The notes below the pieces were generated by a model that worked only from the letters and a program-made list of their open reading frames with translations, made no database searches and was not told where the DNA came from. Made by a program: the position numbers and the translations under genes. DNA of 64,000 nt, taken from the NCBI GenBank assembly GCA_964383575.1, contig CAYLHI010000001.1:18442-82441 (forward strand), written 5' to 3'. How positions within the stretch are numbered: the stretch's first letter is position 1; each line of letters begins with the position of its first letter. This document shows, in pieces, positions 16,277 to 26,095 of this stretch. This DNA is from an uncultured Pelolinea sp. GTDB taxonomy: Bacteria > Chloroflexota > Anaerolineae > Anaerolineales > Anaerolineaceae.

Positions 16277-17646
16277 TTCTGATCCTCTTCCTGTTTGGAT
16301 TTCATCTCTCTTGCAGGCATACCCACGACAACCGAACCATCCGGCACATCGTGAGTGACCACCGCGCCCGCACCAGTTTTTGCGCCTTTGCCAATCTTGA
16401 CCGGCGCCACGAGCATGGTATCGCTGCCGATGAAGGCATCCTCGCCAATCTCAGTTTTATTTTTTCTTTCGCCGTCAAAATTACAGGTGATCGTGCCAGC
16501 ACCGATGTTAACATTGCGCCCGATATGGGCATCCCCAATGTAGGAAAAATGCCCCATTTTCACACCAGGAGCAAGATAGGAATTCTTAACCTCACCAAAA
16601 TTGCCCATGTGCACATGGTCATCGAGGTGTGCGCCGTGTCGGAGATGGCCAAATGGACCCATGTCCACATCATTCTCCAGTTCAGCAGATTCAAGCACAG
16701 CAAACAGGAGCTTGCAGCGATCGCCAACAGTCGTGTCCTCCAGAACCACCGAAGGGCCCAACTGACAGCTCTCACCCACAGTGGATCCACCGCGCAGATA
16801 AACCTCAGGGTACAGCACGGTATCTACCCCCAGCGTTACGGTGTCATCAATGAACACTTTATCAGGATCAATCATGGTCACACCAGCCAGCATCCATTTG
16901 CGGTTGATGCGCTGCTGGATAACCTTGGTCGCTTCTGCCAGATGCACGCGGTTGTTGATGCCGATAGTTTTTTGATGGTCTTCAATCTCAATCGAGCCGA
17001 CCGCCTGTCCGCTTTTCGCCGCGATCTCAACCAGATCAGTGAGGTAGTACTCGCCCACCGCTGATTTTTTAACCTGATCGAGTGCTTCCCAGAGCCACCC
17101 GGCGTCAAAGCAGTAGGGGTTGGAATTTAATTCGGTAATCTTCTTCTGTTCCGGCGTGGCGGCTTTTTCCTCCACAATGCCAACGATGCGCCCTTCCCCA
17201 TCCCGCAGGATGCGCCCAAAACCTCGCGGTTCATCGGAGATAATTGTAGAAAGGGTAAGCTTGCTGCCGCTTTCCTGATGCGTCCGCACCAGCAGGGCAT
17301 ACGTCTCAGCGGTGATAAGGGGAAAATCAGAATTGGCAACCAGGACAATATCCGATCTACCGCGCAGGACTTCGCGCGCGCACTGGACAGCGTGGGCTGT
17401 GCCCAGCTGCGGCTCCTGGACCACATAGCGGGCTTTATCGCCAAGCGTTTCCATCACGAGATCAGCGCGGTTGCCGACCACTACGAGGGGCGGATCTTCA
17501 CAGATATCCCGCACCGCGTCAAAGATATATTCAACCATGGGTTTACCGAGCAGGGGGTGAAGGACTTTTGGAATATCAGACTTCATGCGCGTGCCCATCC
17601 CCGCGGCGAGAATGACAACGTCTATTTTGGGTTTTTTATTATTCAT
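16273..17646 (-). CDS. glmU: bifunctional UDP-N-acetylglucosamine pyrophosphorylase / GlcN-1-P acetyltransferase
   Basis: 'VILAAGMGTRMKSDIPKVLHPLLGKPMV' plus a C-terminal left-handed-helix hexapeptide repeat region. Confidence 0.9.
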   Translation of the reverse strand: MNNKKPKIDVVILAAGMGTRMKSDIPKVLHPLLGKPMVEYIFDAVRDICEDPPLVVVGNRADLVMETLGDKARYVVQEPQLGTAHAVQCAREVLRGRSDIVLVANSDFPLITAETYALLVRTHQESGSKLTLSTIISDEPRGFGRILRDGEGRIVGIVEEKAATPEQKKITELNSNPYCFDAGWLWEALDQVKKSAVGEYYLTDLVEIAAKSGQAVGSIEIEDHQKTIGINNRVHLAEATKVIQQRINRKWMLAGVTMIDPDKVFIDDTVTLGVDTVLYPEVYLRGGSTVGESCQLGPSVVLEDTTVGDRCKLLFAVLESAELENDVDMGPFGHLRHGAHLDDHVHMGNFGEVKNSYLAPGVKMGHFSYIGDAHIGRNVNIGAGTITCNFDGERKNKTEIGEDAFIGSDTMLVAPVKIGKGAKTGAGAVVTHDVPDGSVVVGMPAREMKSKQEEDQK

Positions 17647-17973
17647 CGAGTTTCCTCTGCCTTTTTATCATGTTTAAGAAAAGAACACTATATTAAGAAG
17701 CAAATATCAGGATTAGGAATTATAAACGATGAATAAACACAAGTTGGCCTCTGATTGCTATTCACGGGCAACCAGAGGTCAGATTCAAATGCTGGAGAAC
17801 CTGGCAGCGAAGCATGAATAATACAACAATATTTTTAAATATAATATCTGCAGATTTTAGAAAGTTCTTTGAGATCAGAAACCATAGAAAGATTAGAGGT
17901 CTGCAAAGCAGGAAGCGATCACTTTCACCCTCTTGCAGCAGCCGGAGTATATTCTGAAAATTAATATTAGGTG

Positions 17974-18002
17974 TTGAAAAATGCTATACAATCTTATATA
18001 AT
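17974..18002 (+). promoter_or_regulatory. sigma-70-type promoter upstream of the FW-domain lipoprotein gene
   Basis: TTGAAA (17974..17979), a 17-nt spacer, then TATAAT (17997..18002). Confidence 0.45.
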
Positions 18003-18109
18003 CGTATAAACATTATTACTTTTTGGAGGTGAAATAAGCAAAAGATAAAAACAAATAAATTGGGCTAAATTACGCAAAAGTAAGTATGAGAATTCATAAG
18101 GAGAGGAAC

Positions 18110-19021
18110 ATGAAAAAAAGACTCTGGAAACCTATTTTACTGCTTGGACTGTTTTTATTTACCGTCATAGCCTGCGGCATCTCATTTAACAACGAGGATG
18201 AGAAATCTAGCCAGGAAGACATTGAATTCCAGCTAACGCGTGAGGCACTGCAAAGGACACAAACAGCGGAGGCAGCTCCCCCTGCGGCATCTGAACAGCA
18301 GCCGAAGGATGCCCAAACAGACCAGGAATCCGATTCCGAAGCAGATGATTCTGATGATGATGATGATATACCCTGCAATTCAAGCAAATTTGTGAGCGAA
18401 ACAATTCCGGACGGTACTGTTTATCAGGCGGGTGATACTTTCACGAAGTCATGGACAATTCGGAATGCAGGTGACTGCGATTGGACAACTGAATATAAAT
18501 TCGTGTTTGAGGAAGGCGACCAGATGGACGGCTTGACATCGATGAAATTGCCTTCCGTGATCGAGCCGGGTGAGACAATTACATTTAATATTGACCTGAC
18601 TGCACCCAGCGCGGCCGGGGATTATGTGGGTGTATGGCGGCTGAAAGCCGTGGATGGCGAGAAGCTGGGAAAATACTGGGTTAAGATCACAGTTGGTCCC
18701 GCGGGCCCACCGCCTGCCGCTTTCGCTGTGACAAGCCTGTCCACCAACCTGGCGGATATAAACCCGTGTGGTTGCCCCTACACCTATCCAGTGGATGTGT
18801 CGATTGTGACCAATGCAGCCGGCCAGGTGACCTACCAGACCGAGCAAAGTGATACTGGATTGGGCGCTTCAAAATCGATGACATTCGACGCGGCGGAGAC
18901 GAAGATCCTGGAATTTGACTGGAATGGCCTGACAACCGGCGCATACTGGCTGAAGGTGAACATCATATCACCCAACAACCAGGTCTTTGGACCATTCAAC
19001 TTCAACGTCACCTGCCCATAA
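18110..19021 (+). CDS. lipoprotein with acidic linker and Nbr1-FW-like domain
   Basis: RBS AAGGAGAGG, then MKKRLWKPILLLGLFLFTVIACG (lipobox). 'DSEADDSDDDDD' linker. 'FTKSWTIRNAGDCDWTTEYKFVFEEGDQM...AAGDYVGVWRLKAVDGEKLG' is a four-Trp-type domain. Confidence 0.65.
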   Translation: MKKRLWKPILLLGLFLFTVIACGISFNNEDEKSSQEDIEFQLTREALQRTQTAEAAPPAASEQQPKDAQTDQESDSEADDSDDDDDIPCNSSKFVSETIPDGTVYQAGDTFTKSWTIRNAGDCDWTTEYKFVFEEGDQMDGLTSMKLPSVIEPGETITFNIDLTAPSAAGDYVGVWRLKAVDGEKLGKYWVKITVGPAGPPPAAFAVTSLSTNLADINPCGCPYTYPVDVSIVTNAAGQVTYQTEQSDTGLGASKSMTFDAAETKILEFDWNGLTTGAYWLKVNIISPNNQVFGPFNFNVTCP

Positions 19022-19071
19022 AGAATCACAGTTATTGTTGATCAGCAGCGGGCTATAAAAATAATACGATT

Positions 19072-19106
19072 AACCCCGGTGTATACTAAAAAAAGCCGGG
19101 GTTTTT
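19072..19106 (+). terminator. rho-independent terminator
   Basis: AACCCCGG...CCGGGGTT stem followed by TTTTT. It overlaps the GTG start proposed in the ORF track for the next gene. Confidence 0.6.
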
Positions 19107-19126
19107 CAAAAATAAATATAGAAATC

Positions 19127-19564
19127 TTGAAACTATACACAATCGGTTTTTCCGGAAAATCAGCGCAACAATTTTTTGAGATTCTCAAGAAGAATAAGAT
19201 TGACTGCTTGTTAGATATCCGTATTTATCCTTCAAGCGATGACGCGGGTTTTTACAGCCAAGTTGATCTGCCATATTTACTTAAAGAAATAGCAAATTGC
19301 GAATATAAATACTGCCCCGAATTGGCACCAACGGAAAAGCTGCTTGATGAATACCATTTAAACCCTGATTGGGATAAATACGTGAGTGAATTTACTCAGC
19401 TGATGGAAGAACGAAAGATTCCTTTTTCGCTTGATAGAGCATTCTTCAAGGCAAGGAACTGCTGCCTTTTGTGCTTTGAGCCCACACCAGAATTTTGCCA
19501 CCGAAGATTGGTGTCAGAACGTATTCAGAAGTATTGGAAGGACATGGAAGTCATTCATCTTTGA
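19127..19564 (+). CDS. DUF488 family protein
   Basis: 'LKLYTIGFSGKSAQQFFEILKKNKIDCLLDIR' and 'CFEPTPEFCHRRLV'. Start moved to TTG 19127 because 19079 lies inside the terminator hairpin. Start is uncertain. Confidence 0.65.
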   Translation: MKLYTIGFSGKSAQQFFEILKKNKIDCLLDIRIYPSSDDAGFYSQVDLPYLLKEIANCEYKYCPELAPTEKLLDEYHLNPDWDKYVSEFTQLMEERKIPFSLDRAFFKARNCCLLCFEPTPEFCHRRLVSERIQKYWKDMEVIHL

Positions 19565-19578
19565 TTGGGAGTTAAAAA

Positions 19579-19651
19579 GGCTGGGGCGCTCGGATTCGAA
19601 CCAAGATCCACGGCTTCAAAGGCCGGTGTGCTGCCATTGCACCACGCCCCA
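19579..19651 (-). tRNA. tRNA-Gln (anticodon UUG)
   Basis: The reverse complement folds as a cloverleaf. Acceptor is TGGGGCG/CGCCCCA (U1-A72, G73 as in E. coli tRNA-Gln), D stem GTGC/GCAC, anticodon loop CTTTGAA, T arm CTTGG-TTCGAAT-CCGAG. CC is encoded but the terminal A is not. There is one C-U mismatch at the top of the anticodon stem. Confidence 0.85.
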
Positions 19652-19745
19652 GTGATCACATGTCAGTGAACGGGTAAGAATTTTATCATATCGTGCAACT
19701 ATACAATAAACCAGAGAGCAAACGCGTGAAAAGAATTGATAATTT

Positions 19746-19777
19746 AAAAAGGTTCTGAAAAATCAGAACCTTTCTTT
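19746..19777. terminator. bidirectional rho-independent terminator downstream of the peptide ABC operon
   Basis: AGGTTCTGA-AAAA-TCAGAACCT is a 9-bp stem, flanked by AAAAA and TTCTTT. Confidence 0.65.
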
Positions 19778-19791
19778 ATCTTTTCAAAGTC

Positions 19792-20838
19792 TTACTGCCG
19801 ACCGCGCAGTTTAGGGTCAAATGCATCCCGCAAGCCATCGCCCAGGAAATTGAACGCAAACATGGTGATGCCCAACATGATCGCCGGGAGAAACACCATA
19901 TTGGGATAGGTACGCAGGCTGCGCGAGCCGGTAGCGATCATCGCGCCCCAGGAAGGCATAGGAGGATTGACGCCCAGGCCAATGAAGGAAAGGAACGCTT
20001 CCGTTCCAATATAACCGGGAATCGCGAGCGTTTCCGCGACGATCAGGGGGCCGATGATGTTGGGAATAATATGTTTAAAAATGATGTGAGAATCGGAAGC
20101 GCCTAATGAGCGGGCTGCCTCAATATATTCTTTTTCCTTGACAGACAGAATCTGGCCGCGCGTCAGGCGCGCCATGGTCTGCCAGGCAGTAATGCCAATT
20201 CCAACAAAAATGAAGAACATGCCGCCCATCGCCTCGTCAATCTTACTGAACACATACGCCGTTGTACCAGGTTCCAATTCAGTATATTGGGTGCGGAAAA
20301 ACGCCATCATCAGGATAATTAACAGCAGGGTTGGGAAACCATACATGATATCGACGAAACGCATCATGATGTTATCTGTTCGCCCTCCCGCATAACCGGA
20401 AATACTACCGTATATCAGCCCAATGGCCATTGAAAGTACCGGACCGACAAAGGCAACCGCCAGAGAAACCCGTGCGCCGTAGATCACCCGGCTGAGAAGA
20501 TCCCGCCCAATCCCATCAGCGCCGAACGCATAATCTTCACTGATAACGGCATACGGTTCCATCGCGGGGAACACCTTTATCATCCAGGCAGGGACTTTGC
20601 TCTGGTCGTATAGTTCATTTTCCGCGAAATGGTAAGGCGCGATTTTATCCGCAAAAACAGCCATTAATATCAATAAAACAATCATGATAATTCCAATAAC
20701 AGCCGCCCGATTGCGAAAGAGCCGGCGTATCGCGTCTTTGAGAAGGGATTGGCTCTTTGCGTAGGCAGCATCACCGCCCGCTGTCGTTCGCTTTCTTTCG
20801 AAATCCGGAACTTTATCCATATGTATCAGAACCTCCAA
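19792..20838 (-). CDS. peptide ABC transporter permease (OppC/DppC-type)
   Basis: EAA-loop region 'EYIEAARSLGASDSHIIFKHIIPNIIGPLIV', six TM segments. Confidence 0.9.
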   Translation of the reverse strand: MEVLIHMDKVPDFERKRTTAGGDAAYAKSQSLLKDAIRRLFRNRAAVIGIIMIVLLILMAVFADKIAPYHFAENELYDQSKVPAWMIKVFPAMEPYAVISEDYAFGADGIGRDLLSRVIYGARVSLAVAFVGPVLSMAIGLIYGSISGYAGGRTDNIMMRFVDIMYGFPTLLLIILMMAFFRTQYTELEPGTTAYVFSKIDEAMGGMFFIFVGIGITAWQTMARLTRGQILSVKEKEYIEAARSLGASDSHIIFKHIIPNIIGPLIVAETLAIPGYIGTEAFLSFIGLGVNPPMPSWGAMIATGSRSLRTYPNMVFLPAIMLGITMFAFNFLGDGLRDAFDPKLRGRQ

Positions 20839-20855
20839 AACCAGGGTTAGTATTT

Positions 20856-21914
20856 TTATTTCAAGCGGATGCGCGGATCCAGCACAGCATATGATAAATC
20901 TACGAACAGATTTGAAAAAACAAGCACCAGCACATACAGCAGAATTGTGCCCATAATGACCGGGTAGTCGCGGTTGCCGATGCTGGAAACAAAATATGCT
21001 CCAAGTCCAGGAACTCCGAATATGCTCTCGGTCACAAAAGACCCGGTCACGATCGCCGCGAATAAAGGCCCAAATATGGTCACCACGGGGATCAGCCCGT
21101 TCTTTAATGCATGGCGGTTGATCACCATGCGTTCACGCAGCCCTTTAGCCCGCGCGGTGCGAATGTAATCCTCACCCAGGACCTGAAGCAAACTTGCGCG
21201 TGTCAGGCGGGCGATGATTGCGGAGAAACCAGTGCCCAGCGCGATCGCTGGCATAATTGTGTATTTAAAATAATTCCAATCCAATGTACTGGGAAATATC
21301 CCTAATATATAAGGCGGCCGAGACCCCCAGCCAGTTGGCGGCAGCCATTTGAGCGAAATGCCAAATAAATACACCATAATCGGCCCGATCACAATCACAG
21401 GTACCGATACTCCAATAATTGCAACCGTCATGCTCAGGTAATCAACATAAGAATTGTGTTTGATCGCCGAAGCAATTCCCAATGGTATTCCAGTTGCTAC
21501 TGATATGAGCAATGCCAGGATGCCCAGCTGTAAAGAAACCGGGAACTGTTCCTTCATAATGTCAGATACAGAGCGGCTCCTTGAGGTATAGGACGGGCCA
21601 AAATTCATCCATTTGAACCATAGGTTTCCGATATTAATATTAATAAGGTAATCAACCATAACCGAAGTTTCATCTGGTGGTTCCGTGTTGATCTTGGGAA
21701 TAAATACATTCGAAATATAATCAGTGTACTGCTTGAGTAACGGGTCGTTTAAATGATAGACCTCTTCAATAAGTTCTTTTTGTGCCTCAGGGATGCGTTT
21801 CTCTGTGTCAAACGGACCGCCCGGAACCGCGTGCATAAGTCCAAATGTGATCGCTGATACTGCCAGGAGAACCATGGCCATATGAATTAATCGCCTTACT
21901 AAAAATCTTCCCAT
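20856..21914 (-). CDS. peptide ABC transporter permease (OppB/DppB-type)
   Basis: 'EDYIRTARAKGLRERMVINRHALKNGLIPVVT'. N-terminus 'RFLVRRLIHMAMVLLAVSAITFGLMHAVPGGPF'. Confidence 0.9.
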   Translation of the reverse strand: MGRFLVRRLIHMAMVLLAVSAITFGLMHAVPGGPFDTEKRIPEAQKELIEEVYHLNDPLLKQYTDYISNVFIPKINTEPPDETSVMVDYLININIGNLWFKWMNFGPSYTSRSRSVSDIMKEQFPVSLQLGILALLISVATGIPLGIASAIKHNSYVDYLSMTVAIIGVSVPVIVIGPIMVYLFGISLKWLPPTGWGSRPPYILGIFPSTLDWNYFKYTIMPAIALGTGFSAIIARLTRASLLQVLGEDYIRTARAKGLRERMVINRHALKNGLIPVVTIFGPLFAAIVTGSFVTESIFGVPGLGAYFVSSIGNRDYPVIMGTILLYVLVLVFSNLFVDLSYAVLDPRIRLK

Positions 21915-22002
21915 ATCTTTTATCTTTCACTGACGGACAATTGTAGTTAAAGTATGGGGAGGTTGTATTAACCTCCCCATATAAATTATTTAATGAGCAG
22001 TT

Positions 22003-23793
22003 CTATTCATCAGCATAGTGGAAATCTTCCGCGCCCACAAGAGTCATGTCGAGAACGTAAGCGTAGGGGCTGCCGGTCTCTTTCTTGAGTGTGCGGATGA
22101 ATCCGTAGTAGAAGTCGTCAGCTGTCACATAGCGGACAGCGCCTTCCTCATCGGTTACTTCAACAACCTCACCCAGAACTTCATCATATTTCACCCACGG
22201 CACGCCCTCCTTAATATGGAAGGTATATACGGTGCCATCATCAGAGACATCCCAGCTGTCAGCCATTGCGGGCTCTACAACACTGGTTATTTCATTCGCT
22301 CGGGTTACACCCGGGAACATGAGAACATCCAATTGAATAGATGAGGTATCCTCAGCTTTTGAAGGATCCAGAGTGGGGATGTCATTATAGCCAAGGGCAA
22401 GGCTCACTGCCTTGGGATCTTTGGTAGTATCCCATTTATCAAAGTACTCATGACCACTCAGACTAAACGTACGCGCAACATATGGTTTTGTCAGCGTCTG
22501 GCGGCCGTACCAGTAAATTGGAGCGACAGCTGCTTCAGTGCCGTAAATTAAATCGGCGGCTTCCGCATAGAGGTCCTGCCTGACAGCATTGTCAGTCTCC
22601 TCCGCAGCCTGATCCATCAGGTCTTCATATTCCTGGTTAAACCATTGGATGCCACCATAGACTTCACCTTCCTGGCATGCGTTGCTGTTTCCGCACAGGG
22701 CAAACAGTTCATGGGTAAAGTTGTTTGCATCCGGGTAATCCAGGCACCAGCCAAGGCGGAATATCTGGGGAGCATCAGGACCATCAATCAACTCGAGGTA
22801 GACTTTCCATTCCTGGGCAGCGATCTTGACTTCCACGCCAAGGGTGTCCTTCCACATCGCCTGGATGGTCTCAGCGATGAGAGCATGTCCGGTCGATTCG
22901 TTGTGGAGCAGAGTGATATCAAGGTCCGCGGCGGTCTGGCCGGTTTCGTCCAGGTAAGCCTGGAGTTCGGCTTTTGCCTCTTCGGGATCGTATCCAATGC
23001 CTGCTTCGGGATGGGTTTCCATTGTCGGGGCGCCTGCTAAGCCGGGGTTCGCTACCCAGCGGGCAGGGGTCTGTGCGCCTTTTAAGACATTATCGATCAA
23101 GCCCGCGCGGTCAATTGCGAGGGAGAACGCCTTTCGTACGCGGACGTCATCCATCGGGGGCTTTTGGGTGTTGAAGCCGTAGTAGTATGAGCAGAACACA
23201 CCTGATTGAACGTATTCGGCAGAGAGAGTGGGGTCTGCTTTCACGCGATCCATATCTTCCGAGGGAACAGCGGCAACATCCAAGTTGCCTGCTTCGTATT
23301 CGGCCAGCGCCGGGATGTCATCTAAGAAGCGGAATTCAACTTCATCGAGTGCGGGTGCAGGGCTGTATTCAGTGCCAGCCCAGAAAGGATTCTTGATGAT
23401 CGTGGCTGAATAGTCATGGATCCAGTCCTTCAGAGTAAAAGGACCGTATGTCTCAATGTTGCCTGGCTCAAACCAGCGGTCGCCAAGTTCTTCGATCGCC
23501 CATGATGGCTGGGCATAACCCATCCACATACCCGCAACACTGGCGTTGAACAAACCGGGTTTCAGGAAGGTCAGTTCAAGCGTTTGAGGATCAATAACTT
23601 TCACGCCGACTTTTGTTTCATCGCGGGGTGCCGCAACTTCTTCAGCTTCTTCGGCTTCTTCAGCTTCCTCAACAACCTCTTCAGCTTCCTCAACCGCCGG
23701 GGCTGCCTCCGGTCCGCAAGCGCTGAGAATCATAGCGAAAGCTAAAACGGCAAACAGTATTACATAAAACTTCTTATTCATTTTCTCCTCCAT
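22003..23793 (-). CDS. family-5 (OppA/DppA-like) substrate-binding lipoprotein, apparently circularly permuted
   Basis: Signal/lipobox 'ILSACG' and an acidic EEAEE linker. Canonical mid and C-terminal segments come first ('VKVIDPQTLELTFLKP', 'TYGPFTLKDW', 'GWCLDYPDANNF'). The canonical N-terminal segment comes last ('EPAMADSWDVSDDGTVYTFHIKEGVPW', 'VTADDFYYGFIR'). Confidence 0.85.
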   Translation of the reverse strand: MEEKMNKKFYVILFAVLAFAMILSACGPEAAPAVEEAEEVVEEAEEAEEAEEVAAPRDETKVGVKVIDPQTLELTFLKPGLFNASVAGMWMGYAQPSWAIEELGDRWFEPGNIETYGPFTLKDWIHDYSATIIKNPFWAGTEYSPAPALDEVEFRFLDDIPALAEYEAGNLDVAAVPSEDMDRVKADPTLSAEYVQSGVFCSYYYGFNTQKPPMDDVRVRKAFSLAIDRAGLIDNVLKGAQTPARWVANPGLAGAPTMETHPEAGIGYDPEEAKAELQAYLDETGQTAADLDITLLHNESTGHALIAETIQAMWKDTLGVEVKIAAQEWKVYLELIDGPDAPQIFRLGWCLDYPDANNFTHELFALCGNSNACQEGEVYGGIQWFNQEYEDLMDQAAEETDNAVRQDLYAEAADLIYGTEAAVAPIYWYGRQTLTKPYVARTFSLSGHEYFDKWDTTKDPKAVSLALGYNDIPTLDPSKAEDTSSIQLDVLMFPGVTRANEITSVVEPAMADSWDVSDDGTVYTFHIKEGVPWVKYDEVLGEVVEVTDEEGAVRYVTADDFYYGFIRTLKKETGSPYAYVLDMTLVGAEDFHYADE

Positions 23794-23891
23794 AGGATTT
23801 TTTTATTGTAGTTTGTTTAATCTTATTTTGAATATCTTTTTAAGTCCGCCTCCTTTCTGACATATTAAATCTAACGCCATATTATAACAAA

Positions 23892-24887
23892 TTATGATTT
23901 ATTCTCTTTCCAATAATGGCATGCAACAAAATGATCTTTTTCAACTTCGCGTAATTGTGGTTCTTCAATTTTACAACGTTCTTTCGCCATAAAACAGCGT
24001 GTGTGAAAACGGCATCCCGATGGAGGGTTGATTGGCGAAGGCACATCCCCTTCAAGAATGATCCGCTTTCGTTTTTCTTCAACAAAGGGATCGGGCACCG
24101 GAACAGCTGAAAGAAGCGCTATGGTATAAGGATTATAGGGCCTATCAAACAGGACGGTTTTATCCGCCAGCTCCATGATTTTTCCAAGATACATTACGGC
24201 CACTCTGCTGCAGATATGCTTTATCATGGAAAGATCATGCGCGATGAATAGATAGGTCAGACCCAGGTCCTCCTGCAGCTCTTCCAGAAGATTGACAATC
24301 TGCGCCTGGATGGATACATCCAAAGCGGAAATGGGCTCATCACAAATGATCATGTCGGGCTGCAGGGCAATTGCGCGGGCGATTCCAATCCGCTGCCGCT
24401 GACCGCCGGAAAATTCATGCGGATATCGGTTGATGTACGAGGGATTGAGGCCAACCTTTTTCAGCAATTCTTTCGCCCGATCAGTGCGCTCTTTTGGAGT
24501 ACCAACGCTATGGATCGCCAACGGCTCTTCAATGATCTCTTTAACTGTCATTCGCGGGTTAAGCGACGCGTATGGATCCTGAAAGATCATCTGAATCCTG
24601 CGTCGGGCTTTGAACATCTCCTTCCGGTTGGCTGAGACCAGATCCACCTCCTCAAAAACAATCTCGCCGGAGGTAGGTTTTTCAAGCTGGATAATTGTCC
24701 TTCCGGTCGTCGTCTTTCCGCATCCTGACTCGCCTACGAGACCCAGAATCTCACCGCGTTTCATTGTGAAACTGATACCATCCACTGCCCGCACCGCATT
24801 CACCTGCCTTTGGAAAAGAATCCCTTCCGTAATTGGAAAATGTTTGATCAAGTTTTTTACGCGAAGGATTACGCCATTCTCGTTCAT
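23892..24887 (-). CDS. peptide ABC transporter ATP-binding protein (OppF/DppF-type)
   Basis: 'GESGCGKTT', '[14 protein letters not shown]', '[10 protein letters not shown]', C-terminal '[12 protein letters not shown]'. Confidence 0.9.
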   Translation of the reverse strand: MNENGVILRVKNLIKHFPITEGILFQRQVNAVRAVDGISFTMKRGEILGLVGESGCGKTTTGRTIIQLEKPTSGEIVFEEVDLVSANRKEMFKARRRIQMIFQDPYASLNPRMTVKEIIEEPLAIHSVGTPKERTDRAKELLKKVGLNPSYINRYPHEFSGGQRQRIGIARAIALQPDMIICDEPISALDVSIQAQIVNLLEELQEDLGLTYLFIAHDLSMIKHICSRVAVMYLGKIMELADKTVLFDRPYNPYTIALLSAVPVPDPFVEEKRKRIILEGDVPSPINPPSGCRFHTRCFMAKERCKIEEPQLREVEKDHFVACHYWKENKS

Positions 24888-25909
24888 TTGCGCTCCTTTC
24901 CTGTTGCGGGATTCACCCAGCAGGCAGCCCGGTGCTTTTTACCTACTTCCATGAGAGACGGGTTTTCGTTCCAACAGTGATCAATAGCAAAGGAACACCT
25001 GGGAGCGAAGGGACAATGGTTTGGTTTTTCCAACAGAACCGGGGGCAGCCCATCAATCGAAACAAGTTTTTCTTTTTTCTCAGACGTTAATTTTGGTAAA
25101 CTGCCCATCAAGCCGATTGTATAAGGATGCTGTGGTTTTGAATAAATCGATTTCACGGATCCTTCTTCTACTATATAACCGGCGTACATCACGAGTACTC
25201 TCTGAGCAATTCCGGCGATTATGCCTAGATCATGCGTAATCCAGATAATCGTCATACTGATTTCTTCTCGCAATTGCTTCACAAGATCAATGATCTGGGC
25301 CTGGATAGTGACATCCAATGCGGTTGTCGGTTCATCCGCGATCAATATTTTTGGTGAACACATCAATGCCATCGCAATCATAGCGCGCTGGCGCATTCCG
25401 CCCGAGAATTGATAGGGATAATCTTTTATTCTCTCTTCAACATTTGGGATTCCTGTCTTTGTTAGAATCTCAACTGCACGATCATGGGCTTCCTCTTTTG
25501 AAGCATTCATGTGGATTTTCAGCGGTTCAGTAATCTGGCTCTCCATTGTTAAAACTGGATTGAAAGAAGTCATTGGATCCTGAAAAATCATGCTGATCTG
25601 GGATCCTCTTATATGCCGGATTTCATCCTGATTCATACTTAATAAATCATGCCCAAGAAATTTTGCCTCTCCATCTACAATTTTTCCCGGTGGAGATGGA
25701 ATCAATTGAAGCATGGAAAGCACTGATACACTTTTACCGCAGCCACTTTCACCAACAATCCCGAGAGTTTCGCCTTCCTTTAAATCAAAATCAATTCCAT
25801 TTACTGCATGAATCGTTCCTTCATCAGTTTTAAAAACTGTTTCCAGATTTTTGACTTCTAAGATATTCACAATATGATTTTCCTTGTTTTGATAGATACT
25901 TGATAACAA
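24884..25909 (-). CDS. peptide ABC transporter ATP-binding protein (OppD/DppD-type)
   Basis: 'GESGCGKSV', '[14 protein letters not shown]', '[10 protein letters not shown]', 'CPFAPRC'. 4-nt overlap with the downstream ATPase gene. Confidence 0.9.
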   Translation of the reverse strand: MLSSIYQNKENHIVNILEVKNLETVFKTDEGTIHAVNGIDFDLKEGETLGIVGESGCGKSVSVLSMLQLIPSPPGKIVDGEAKFLGHDLLSMNQDEIRHIRGSQISMIFQDPMTSFNPVLTMESQITEPLKIHMNASKEEAHDRAVEILTKTGIPNVEERIKDYPYQFSGGMRQRAMIAMALMCSPKILIADEPTTALDVTIQAQIIDLVKQLREEISMTIIWITHDLGIIAGIAQRVLVMYAGYIVEEGSVKSIYSKPQHPYTIGLMGSLPKLTSEKKEKLVSIDGLPPVLLEKPNHCPFAPRCSFAIDHCWNENPSLMEVGKKHRAACWVNPATGKERK

Positions 25910-26095
25910 TGCGAAGTATTATACTCTAACATAAATTTACGTGTTTACACCATATTTTATGATGTGAATTATTATTTACAGAGGTTATTCATAAATTTTT
26001 AAACAGGAAATGCGCCCACTGCTTATTAAGCAGATGCGGTATTTTAAAGCATACATTACGTCTGGATCATTATCCTATTTCTATAAGAAAGTCTT

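Noticed and set aside
16351-17064. 237-aa plus-strand ORF antisense to glmU
   Set aside because: It lies entirely inside a confidently identified gene and shows no motifs. It is an antisense shadow of the hexapeptide-repeat region.
17858-17868. TAGAAAGTTCT, superficially similar to the SOS-like box
   Set aside because: The spacing between the GAA and TTC halves is 2 nt rather than the N4 of GAAC-N4-GTTC. It is not positioned in a promoter.
19431-19655. 74-aa ORF spanning the DUF488 3' end and the tRNA
   Set aside because: It overlaps the tRNA-Gln gene on the opposite strand and the DUF488 CDS in another frame. It is spurious.
19579-19800. tRNA-Gln as an attachment site for an integrated element
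   Set aside because: There is no integrase, no repeat of the tRNA 3' end, and no phage or mobile genes on either side. The neighbours are ordinary transport and DUF488 genes.
23620-23710. Short GAA/GAG/GCT-rich tandem-like repeats
   Set aside because: They encode the acidic EEAEEVVEEAEEAEEAEE linker after the lipoprotein signal of the binding protein. This is a coding low-complexity region, not a CRISPR array or regulatory repeat.
26019-26033. Perfect palindrome CTGCTTA-T-TAAGCAG downstream of the 656-aa binding-protein gene as a terminator
   Set aside because: The stem is short and no T-run follows on the relevant strand. Its function is undetermined.
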